Of a DNA stretch of 64,000 bases, positions 34,315 to 43,846 are shown one piece after another. Position 1 is the first letter of the stretch. Each line of letters begins with the position of its first letter. The position numbers and the translations under genes are program-made. The DNA is from Prasinococcaceae sp. CCMP 1430 (Eukaryota; Plantae; Prasinodermophyta): assembly GCA_013416795.1 (NCBI GenBank), contig RQSC01000116.1, forward strand, positions 9,616 through 73,615, written 5' to 3'. A model generated the notes under the pieces. That model ran no database searches, was not told the origin of the DNA, and was given only the letters and a program-made list of their open reading frames with translations.

Positions 34315-35343
34315 CTACTCGGCGGGCTGCTCCCTCCCGAGCACAGCGTTGGCTCGCGACTCGATCTCCTTGAGGTACTCCGCCTGCACGCGCTGCGAGA
34401 ACGTGCCCGTGCCCGCCGTGAGCACCGTGCGCTCCATGCGGCCCTGCAGCGACTTGAAGAACGAGTCGGCGTCGATGGCACCCTCGCCTGCGCGCGCGAG
34501 GCGGCCGGGGCAGCAGCACCGCCGGCACGCGTGTGTCAGTCAGACGCCGAGGGGCGCGCAAGCCGCCCGCAGTCGGGCGCGCAGCAGCCGCGGCCGGCGC
34601 AGCAGAGCGCGCGCGCGCACGCACCCTTGAGGCCGCTCTCCAGCATCTGCGTCCACTTTTCCTCGTCCGCGGCCACGATCGCGTCGATGAGCTCGGCCTC
34701 GGGCGCCCCCCCCTCCGCGGGCATCTCGCTCTGTGCGTACAGCTGCAGCACGCGCTGCAGGATGACCACCATGCCATCGAGGTTGTCCTCGGACGCCTTG
34801 CGGATCCACGCGTAGGCGTTGCCCACGACTCCCTCGTCGAGTGTGCCCGCCGTGCTGGCCTCGGCAACCGCCGCGCGCATGCGCTCGACGGCAGCGTCCG
34901 AGAGCGGCACCTGGAACTGACCGTCCGCCTCCGCGGCGGACGCCACAATCGCGGTGAGCGTATCGCCGCTCTTGTCGGAGCGCTTCTCGGTCTCGGTGAC
35001 GATCTTGTCCAGCATGGTCATCACCTCGCCCGCGAGTGCCACCATGGCGTCGCGCTCGGCCGCCTCGGCCGTGTCGGCGCGTGCGGCAATGCGTAGAAAG
35101 AAGCTGGGGTCGAACGTCAGGATGTTCTCGCGCACGACGGCAACGCGGTCCTCGCCGGGCGCGGCCGCCAGCAGCTGCGCCGCAGCAACGCCGCACGGGC
35201 GCGAGCGCGTCGGGTCGGGGCCACACAGTCGGGGCGGCAACGCAGGCACTCCGGAGTCAGCAGCGAGCTGGGCGGAGAGCGCGGGTGGGTGCTGCAGCCG
35301 CGAGCGTCGCCGACGGCGCCGCCGCGCGCGGGTGCTGCCACAT
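34315..35343 (-). CDS. PRDA1-like plastid protein; intron 34488-34624; 5' structure uncertain
   Basis: VRENILTFDPSFFLRIAARADT, LDEG, LQRVLQLYA, RMERTVL..GTFSQRVQAEYLKEIESRA; resembles plant PRDA1 as recalled from memory. Confidence 0.7.
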
Positions 35344-35573
35344 GGCATCCCCAGATGGATAGGTCTTGCGGAAGACGCCCGACGAAATTCAAATCTGGCG
35401 TTTCAATCGAGTGCATTTTCATGAATTGCAGAGGAGACAAATGCGGAATACGGCCGCGAAAACCACGCGTGCGTTCGTCTACGCGAAACCATGGGGAACT
35501 CCGTGCGCGAATTGACGCGAAAAAGTGCCAGGAAAGCGTCGAGAGGATCCCGCCGGCCGAGGCATTGGCGTCG

Positions 35574-35730
35574 AACCCCAACCTCGAACCACCGAAAATG
35601 CATATAATATGACGTTGATTACAAACCCTCTATATTTATAACCTCAATAATGTTTGGGGTTTTACAAAGTAAGGGTTTACATTTGACGTCATATTGTATT
35701 CATTTGAGGTGGATTCGATGTGTTGGGGTT
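35574..35730. repeat. AT-rich imperfect palindrome of about 157 bp
   Basis: Left arm aaccccaac..tcgaaccacc..aaatgcatataatatgacgt..aaaccct matches the reverse complement of the right arm. Confidence 0.8.
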
Positions 35731-36441
35731 GGAATGGCCGCGCCTGTGCGCGCGCGTCGCATGGTCTCGCTGCCTCGACGCGCCAGCCAGCGCACACTAT
35801 TTGAGGTTTTAAAGCGCAAGGGTTTGTGTCTCGCCCGTGCGCGCGCGCGCGTGGCGCGGTGCGTTTCGCTTCCGCGCGTTCGCGCGCTCCGTCCGCAAAA
35901 AATCTGCCGCGAGCGCGCACTTTTGCGGTCCACGCGCGCCGTGCACGAGCGGATGAGGAAAAAATCTGCGCACTGCGCGCCATGCGCGAGCGGATCGGGA
36001 AAAAATCTGCGACGCCTTCGTTGTTGCGCGCGCCCGCCGCGCGTCCCGACCGGCGCCGACACAACATCGTCCCGAACGGCGCAACATTCGCCGCGCGCGC
36101 GACACACGCCATGCGCCATCAGCAACCGAGTACACGTCAGCCCCCATAGGCGCGCCGCCGGCCACGTCAGTCGCCACGCGGAAGAGCCATACGTCAAATC
36201 GCACCCGACCGCGCGCGTGACGTGGAAACTGACTCCCCTCGGCACGCACGTCCAACCTAAAGAGTTTTCCGCGCGAGTGACGGTCGGTTGGGTCGGGTGG
36301 CGGAAGCGCGCGCCGATTTCTGGCGAACGTGCACCGTCGGACGAATTCGCAGTCATACGCATATGCATACTCAACCCGCGCGCGCGCGCGCGCAACTTGC
36401 GAAGCGGCGCGGGTGTTGCGCGCGGGGGGGGGGCATCGGCG

Positions 36442-37391
36442 ATGGCGCTCCGTCGCGCGGCCGCGGCCGTGGGCCGGAGCGGAGTGGCCGGGGTGGCACG
36501 CAGGGCGGCGACGGTGGCCGCAGGGTGGGGGAACAGCGGCGGGGTCGGCGGCAGCAGTGCGCCACCGGTGGCAGCGCACGCGTCTGATGCGGACCTCGCG
36601 GACATGAACGATGAGCTGGCATCGTTCTTTGGTGCCCCGCCGGCGCAGTCGCAGGCGCGGATGGACGGGCATGCGGGCGGCACAGCTGGCGGCAGAGGTA
36701 GAAGCACAACGGACGCGGCTCGCAGCCACCGCTCGTTTGCTGTCTCTGCTGGCTCGCCGCCCGCGGCGCGCGCCGCAGGCGACGGCGATACCCTCACGCA
36801 CGTCGACAGCGATGGCACTGCGTCGATGGTGGACGTGGGTGACAAGGCACATACGGCTCGCCTCGCGACGGCATCCGCGCGCGTGCTGCTGGGCCCAGCC
36901 GCGTTCGCTGCCGTACGCGACAACACGCTCAAGAAGGGCGACGTGCTGTCCACGGCGAAGCTCGCGGGCATCTGCGGGGCCAAGGTGCGGCGCATCACGC
37001 GCCGCCTCGCGTCGCTTGGGCGCCACCCGCGACGCACATCGCGCTCCTTCCCCTCGCCCTCCCGCTCCTGACACCGTGGCGTCTGCCGCGCCTGCCACGC
37101 GCGCTGCCACAGCACACGTCGACGCTCATTCCGCTGTGTCACCAGCTCCTTCTGTCCAAGGTGTCGGTCGACCTCTCGCTGGACGATGCCCAGCACGCGG
37201 TAGCCATCACCGCGACGGCCAAGACGGTGGGCCCCACGGGCGTCGAGATGGAGGCACTCACCGCGGTGGCGGTCGCGGGGCTCACTGTGTACGACATGTG
37301 CAAGGCCGTCACCAAGGACGCCGTGCTCACAGACGTGCGCCTCGAGGCCAAGAGCGGCGGCAAGAGTGCTGATTACCGGCGAAGCGCCTGA
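36442..37391 (+). CDS. CNX3: Cyclic pyranopterin monophosphate synthase (MoaC/CNX3); intron 36985-37112
   Basis: [52 protein letters not shown]. Confidence 0.95.
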
Positions 37392-37737
37392 GGCCGGGCG
37401 CAGGGCGCGTTGGAGCGCTGCCGCGCTCAGTAGTGTAAAGAAGCTAGACGTAGTTCATATGCCGCAACCGCACGCAGCCCGGGCCGCAGCGGAGCCTAGA
37501 CGGCAGGCGCATCACGCTCGCGCTGGAGAGGGCGGCGCTGCGGCGCGCTGTGGCCGTCGCGCTCTCTCTTTCTCTCTCTGCGTTTCGCCGGCACTCGCGA
37601 GTCGTGACTACGCTGGGCCTGCGTGCGGGCAACGCCACAGGTCAGTGCCCCCCAGCGAGGCGAGCGCCTCCTTCGGTCTACTACCTAGGTCAGCGCTACG
37701 CGCGCCCACTTCTATCCTCCTAGTCACGAGTGCCGCG

Positions 37738-38184
37738 TCAGGACTCCCCGGCACTGCCCTCGTCCCCTTTCTGCTTGAGCGCCTGCTGTCGCCGGAACGC
37801 GAGGAACGCCACCAGGAGGCCTGCCGAGAAGCTCGCGCGCGTCCAGCCGAGCGCGCTCATCGAGAGCGACAGCGAGAGCAGCCCGAGGAGCGCGACGACC
37901 GGTATGTCCGCCGCCGACGTCATGACACCCTCGGGCGGCGCGGGAGCTTCCCCCGCCGCGCGGTCGCCGCCCGCCTCATCGCCCTCCTTGGCCGCTGCGC
38001 CTGCCGCGTCGGCATCGGTGTCGCCAGCAGCGCCGCCGTCGCCGGCGCAGGCGAAGCCGAGCGAGTCGGGGGCGGTGGCAGAGCGTGCGCATGGCGCGCG
38101 CCGCCGCCGCGCGCGCGCGGCGACCCCCCCCCTTCGCGTTGCGCGGAGAGGGAGATCAGCTGCCCTCGAGGCCATCATGGCCAT
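37738..38184 (-). CDS. Small hypothetical membrane protein with transit-peptide-like N-terminus
   Basis: Arg/Ala-rich leader, acidic linker, two hydrophobic segments. Confidence 0.45.
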   Translation of the reverse strand: MAMMASRAADLPLRATRRGGVAARARRRRAPCARSATAPDSLGFACAGDGGAAGDTDADAAGAAAKEGDEAGGDRAAGEAPAPPEGVMTSAADIPVVALLGLLSLSLSMSALGWTRASFSAGLLVAFLAFRRQQALKQKGDEGSAGES

Positions 38185-38611
38185 TGCCGGCGGCGCAGCG
38201 CGGCGCGGTACGGCGCGACGCAGCACGGCACTTGTGGCAACAGCGCCGCGCGTCGCGCCCCTAACCCCGCCTCTCACCCGTACGTCAAAACGAAAGGTCG
38301 CTTTGCCAACGTTTTGACATGCGAAAAGGCCCGCCCCTGGCGAGTTCGACCCTCAGCCACGACTCGCGCGCTACGAGCGCCCCTGAAGACACCGTGCCCT
38401 TCGACGTCGCCGCCATAACCCCGTGCGAGGCGATGAGCGACGCCAGCGAGCGCCCGGCGTGCAATGCACAGTGTGGTAGCGAGGGGCGTCGCGCTGCCAC
38501 ACCCTACCGACGAGGCAACGCTATCGTGTATTACATGGTGCAGCAGCCGCGGGGATGCACGGGGCGGCGGCCGCATCGCGATGAGAGGGGGGGGAGGAGG
38601 GGAAGAGGGAA

Positions 38612-38613
<2 letters not shown>

Positions 38614-38664
<51 letters not shown>
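38614..38664 (+). repeat. Poly-G tract (51 nt)
   Basis: Uninterrupted G run. Confidence 0.9.
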
Positions 38665-38679
38665 CGGTTCGCGCGCCCG

Positions 38680-39600
38680 CTAGAACCCAGCCTCGCCGAT
38701 GGCAATCTGTAGCACCGCCGCGGTGACCGCGCCAACCGTGATGTTGGCGACGTTCACGAGGTCATTCGTAAGCCACGGCAAGCGTCCCTGCGCGGTTGCG
38801 CCCAGGACCGACTCGAAAGTGTTGGCGATGAAGGCAGCCACGACGCAGATGGCGATGCCGCGGCCACCCTGCACCATTCCTCCAGCCGCGGCGAGGCACG
38901 CGAGGACCACGCTCGCAGCCACGCCGGCGAGAGTGCCCTCGAGGCTCACCGCGCCCTCCGTGCCACGCGGCACGCGCTGAAGTGTCGTGCTCAGATATGT
39001 GGTCTTCCCATAAGCCTTGCCTACCTCCGACGCGGTCGTGTCGGCAAGCTTCGTGCAAAAGCTTGCGGAGTACGCGAGCTTCCACAACGGCGCGGTCTCC
39101 GGAGGCGAGAGCAACGCCGCAATGGCAGCCGCGATGCCTGCCGCGCCGGACCCAACCACGCTTCCGTACCCGCGTTTGCCGCTGCCACCGCCCTCTGCCG
39201 TGCCCTCGGCTGCCTTCTCCTTGAGCTTGAGCTTGGTGACGGCCGCGCCCAGCACAAAATACATGCACACGATGGCGTAGCCGCCTGCGCCGAACGCACG
39301 CAGGCTCAACAGGCCCAGCCCCCACGACGCGGCGTACGCCTTGTAGTCGAGATTGCGCAGCAGCAATGGAGCGCCCAGCAGGAAGACGGCGCTGTTACAT
39401 GCGGCCGCTGCCGCCCACGACGCGTCCACCGCTCCGAGTGCACCCAGTGCTAACTCAATGTTCGCAGAGGCTGGCGCTGTCGCCACGGCGGCTACGCGCC
39501 GCGGCCGTGCCGGTGCCCGACGGGACCGCCGCGGCGCGGTGACAGCGGCAGCGACCGCCGCCGGAGACGAGCGCACGTGCGAGAGCGCTGCCGACGCCAT
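38680..39600 (-). CDS. VTE6: Phytyl-phosphate kinase VTE6 (DUF92)
   Basis: YFVLGAAVTKLK, SVVGSG, ASFCTKLADTTASEVGKAYGKTTYL, VPRGTEGAVSLEGT, WLTNDLVN. Confidence 0.92.
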   Translation of the reverse strand: MASAALSHVRSSPAAVAAAVTAPRRSRRAPARPRRVAAVATAPASANIELALGALGAVDASWAAAAACNSAVFLLGAPLLLRNLDYKAYAASWGLGLLSLRAFGAGGYAIVCMYFVLGAAVTKLKLKEKAAEGTAEGGGSGKRGYGSVVGSGAAGIAAAIAALLSPPETAPLWKLAYSASFCTKLADTTASEVGKAYGKTTYLSTTLQRVPRGTEGAVSLEGTLAGVAASVVLACLAAAGGMVQGGRGIAICVVAAFIANTFESVLGATAQGRLPWLTNDLVNVANITVGAVTAAVLQIAIGEAGF

Positions 39601-41214
39601 GACCCCGAAGTCACGCACGCGACGCGTGCGATGTGCCCTTTCCCTCTATGCCCAGCTCTCGCCTCTGCCGCACCACCAATTTCACGAGCTTGGCTTCGCG
39701 GCCGCCCTTCCCCTCCCCCCCCTTTCTCAGGCCCTCCTCTGCGCACTGCTCTGCTCCGTCGGCCTCTGCGGCGCTAACGCTGGCGCCACGCGCCCCGCGC
39801 GCGGCGCGCGCTCGCGCGTGTGGCGCCGCCGCGGCGCGTCCCGGCGACCAGCGAGGGATGATCCACCAGGGAAGGGCGAGGCGGAGGCAGCCCTCCTGTT
39901 GCCGGGCGGCGGGAGGCGAGGCCGCCCCCCCCCCGCGTCGACGCTCCCATGCGGCGTGTTGCCCTGCACCGCCCGTGGCCCTCGTCATCCGCCCTCTCAA
40001 CCTCTCAGGCCCCCTTTTTCTTTTTCTTTCTTTTCTTTTCTTTTCTTCGACGTTTTTGACACTTATTGTTTTTTCCTCCCTGGCCAGCGGTGGCCCCGTT
40101 TTGGGCATGTGTCTTCCCGCGCTTTTTCCGGCGTGGCGGCGGTTGGAGGCCGACGCGCCGCCCCTTGGGGGCGAGGCAACTGACTCACCTATCTTGACTG
40201 ACGGCGCTCACGCGCCGGCGCTGCGGCCGCGATCGCGCGTGGCGGCGGTTGGGGACTCTCTGGTGGCCGGCGGTGCGCGAGGCAGGACGAAAGCGCCCGA
40301 AGCTGACGGCCCCGAGCCGCCGGCGCCAGCTCCGCGCCGCATCAGCGCGGCGACGGTGCGCACCCGCGCCGCGGCTCTGCGCGCGCGCCCCCGACCGACA
40401 GCGCTGACCAGGATCATCATCATGGCAGGACGCAGCCCGACGCGCCGTGCGGCGCACTTCCTGATGATCAGATCACAGTGCCTCACTCTCCCTCCAGCTC
40501 CTAGGCGCTGGCGGCTTCGACTCCTGCTGTACTTTTCTCTCCACGTGAACAGTCTCGATGTTCCGCTTTGGCGGCGCCGTTGGTCGTGGCAGGCGCCGAG
40601 GGCGCGCGCGTAGCCCTACCGGCCACCGGCGCCGCCTCCACCTGCCACCAGCGCTGCCTACGGGCCGCACACGCCAGCGCAGCGCGCACCCGCGCGACGG
40701 CAAGCCCCGTTGGCGAAAAGTAAAAACACGCTGCGGCGGTTGCCCGCCGCCGCACAATTAGGGTAAATCTTCGCATAGGGTCTTAAATATTCCTGATTTT
40801 ATCGTGATTCTCTTTGTGGTGAGAGGAAAAGGGGGTGTGCGCGCGAGCGCGACGCCTTTGGGTTTCAGGGGTCCCGCTCCGAGGCGCCCCCCGCGCCGCA
40901 GCGCGTTCCCCGATTGCGCGCGCGCGCAAACGCGCGCATCGGGCAGCGCCGCGATCGCGCGCGCGTCCCCGCGCGCGCGCCCCGCATACGGTCACTCCTA
41001 CCACAGGGTTTAGAGATGGGATGGCTGCAACTGATTAGAAGGTGTCTCCGCGTCGGGTTGAGGGCGCGGAGTTGGGGTTGCGCTGCGCGCGCGCGCGGGC
41101 GCGCGCCCGCGCGCGCGCGAGCCGGCCGCGCGTTCCCCGGGGGGGGCGCCCGCGCGGCCCCTTTCGAACCGCGCGCGGCATCCGCGCGCGCGCGCCGCAT
41201 CCCCCCAAACACAA

Positions 41215-41264
41215 ATGGATTCCATTTTTTGGTTCGAGGAATCCACCACAAAAATGGAATCCAT
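41215..41264. repeat. Perfect 15-bp inverted repeat with 20-nt loop
   Basis: atggattccattttt ... aaaaatggaatccat. Confidence 0.9.
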
Positions 41265-41267
41265 ACC

Positions 41268-41538
41268 CGCGGTTCCCCAATTGGGAGCGAGGTAAGGGTT
41301 TGGGCGCGCGCGAATCGGGGGCGCCTGGGGGATACTTTGGGTTTAGGGTTTATGTACAACGTCAAATTGCACTGGGCCCGCCGCGGTTCACCCGTCGGGA
41401 GCGAGGCACGGAGTAAGGGTACGCTGTACTGCACCAGCACAGAACAGTCGACGAGACTCACACGGCAAAAAGCACGCGGGAATCGCGGGCGCTTTCTGGT
41501 TCTTTAGGGTTAGGGTGTGTATGTGATGTCAAATTGCA
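41268..41538. repeat. Diverged tandem duplication carrying telomere-like TTTAGGG cores
   Basis: Two units share cgcggttc..gggagcgagg..gtaagggt..gaatcg.gggcgc..ttagggt..gtcaaattgca. Confidence 0.75.
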
Positions 41539-41608
41539 TTGATTCGGGCGTTCGAATTCGAACGCCCGTTTGGGGGGGGAGACGGGGGGGCGCGTGCTGT
41601 ACGAGCAG

Positions 41609-41791
41609 GAAAAAAAAGAAAAGAAAAAGAAAAAGAAAAAGAAAAAAGGTCGATGTGGCGGGGCCCGATCCGCGCGGGAGGGCGGCTGCACGCGCGCGCG
41701 TGTGCGTGTGTGCGTGTGTGTGCGTGTGCGTGTGTGTGCGTGTGTGTGCGTGTGTGTGTGCGTGTGTGTGTGTGTGTGTGTGCGTGCGTGC

Positions 41792-41812
<21 letters not shown>
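41609..41812 (+). repeat. (AAAAAG)n tract followed by (TG/CG)n microsatellite
   Basis: Direct reading of 41609-41648 and about 41700-41812. Confidence 0.9.
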
Positions 41813-41822
<10 letters not shown>

Positions 41823-42183
41823 CGCGCGATCGATCGCGCGCGGTTGCGCGGCTGCGCCACACACAGCGCACGCGCGAAGTGCGGCGTGGCCCGTTGTTTC
41901 CAAATGAAAAGTACACTGCAGGACGCGCAATCGGCGGAGTATGAATCGAAGCGCGCGAAGCCCAGCTCAAAGCTCGGCCGGCGCGCGCGCGCGCGCGCGC
42001 GCGTCTTGATGCGCGTGCGCAGGTGGCGCGGGCGCGGGCGCGATGGGCCATACCGCGCACGCAGCACGTGCCAGCGCGCACGATGGTTTGCACGCTCCGC
42101 CCCCGCCACGGCAGCGTCGCTAAGAGGCAGGCGATGGCCGCGCCCGCGGGCGCAGACGGCAGCAGCTCGCCCCCGCGTGCCTC

Positions 42184-43180
42184 TTACGCGTCGACGCGCG
42201 CGCCGGCGGCTACGCCGAGTGCCGCACGCAGGACGAGGAGCCGCAGGCGCAACTCGGTGCTCATGGCGCCTCTGACTCCTCCGCGGCCAAAGCACGCTGC
42301 CGCCAACGTTGGATTTGCGGTGCTGCCGCCTCTGGCGACGCTGGCGACGCCTGCGGCCCCGCCCCGCCCGCAGCCAAGCCTGTGCATCAAGGTGGCGCAC
42401 GCCGCCGCAAAACGCCTGCAGCCACGCACAGGCGGCCAGCGGAGGCACTTGCCGCGTGGGCTGCAGCTGGCCCTCGACAGCCTGTCGTCGCGGCCAGTGC
42501 CGTCGGCTGGTACCAAACGCGTCACCGCGCAGATGCTGGAGGACGCGCTCGCGATGTGCGAGGTGCGCCGTTGAGCATGGCACGCGCGCGCGCACACAAA
42601 CAAACACCGGCACGCACGTGCCCAAACGCGGGGGCAGGCGAAGCACCCGCACGGACGCTTCGCGCTCGGCCCTCGATGCAGCCGTTTGCGCGGCGCCGAG
42701 GCCAAGGCCGCACAGACACACAAACTGTACTCATACGAAACGCTCAAACACATCAATGTAAACATGTCACATGTACGAATTCGCACCCAGTCGGCACGGC
42801 ACCATTCGCGCCGGCGCTGCCAGCGCAAAACTCTCGACGGGTCAGTGGGTCGGACGGCCGCACAGTCGCCGGAGAAAGCGCGCCTCACACGGACCTTGAG
42901 GCCTTGAGTGAGCATGCTGCGTTGGGCGCCAGCAGTCAAGCCACCGCCGCGGCACCGCGCGGTCCGATGGCACTGTGCGCGAGGGAGAGCTCGCGCAAAC
43001 CAGCACAGCCCACGAGCCCCTCCACCAGCGCTTCAACTTCGGCGCAGCCTTGTGAGATGCGTTTGAGGTGAAGTGGGCGCAAGTATGGCCGCGAGCAGCG
43101 GGTACTGAGCGAGCGGCCGAGCTGCGAGCACGAGTATACCGTCAGCGAGTTCTGTGGGGGGCTCAGGTACGGGTGCACGA
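42184..43180 (-). pseudogene. Possible degraded RI-like leucine-rich-repeat gene
   Basis: LVEGLVGCAGLRELSLAHSAIGPRGAAAVA followed by a stop; a second GAAGVA..NPTL-like piece downstream in another ORF. Confidence 0.35.
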
Positions 43181-43846
43181 AGTCCCTCGGCGCGCACGTC
43201 TAGGTCGACCACCGAGGGCGCCGGCGCGTCACCGACAATGGATAGCAGGCGCAGCTTTGAGCGTGCCAGGCGCGCCAGGCGCGCGGCACGTCGGCCTTGG
43301 CCTCCCGCCCGCGACTGCTCCCCCTCGTGCCAGGCTGCGCGACACGGCGTCAGCCGGCCGCTGTGTTGCCCCCAGCACGCGCTCTGCGCTGCAGTACTCC
43401 AGGGGGAACACTCAGGTCATATTCAACCACGGGCGCCCAAAAAACGTATGCATCAGACGATTGGTTGTAATTCATTTTGACCTTTCCATATTTGATTTGG
43501 ATGGGGCATGCGCGTTTTCGGGGCAGTCGCGGAGACTTTCCGGAACGGGGGCGCGTAGTGACGCGCCGCTCCGGCACGCGACATGAAGAGGCGGTTTCAT
43601 CGGCGATCGTAGCGCGCGGGAATGCGGACGCGAAATCTGCTCGGCGTTGTTTTCGCCTGTTGGCACGCGCCCTGCCTGTTGCGGCGCGAGTTCGAGCGTG
43701 GGCGTGCGGGTGGGAGCAGGGGGGCACACCCCACCCGCCGCGCGGCCCCCCACCGGGCGGCGGTGAGGGGTCGGAGGCTCAGTGGGGGGGTCGAGTGGGG
43801 TAGAAAGAGAGGGTAGGTAGGGGTGGTCGGACAGGCGGCCGTAGAA

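Noticed and set aside
35580-35720. GGTTCGA-like B-box words suggesting a tRNA
   Set aside because: No cloverleaf or A-box could be built
38614-38664. 51-nt poly-G as a functional G-quadruplex
   Set aside because: Homopolymer length is unreliable in assemblies and there is no supporting context
40012-41648. Pyrimidine tract near 40012 and purine tract near 41609 as terminal inverted repeats
   Set aside because: Similarity is confined to simple sequence; flanks do not match
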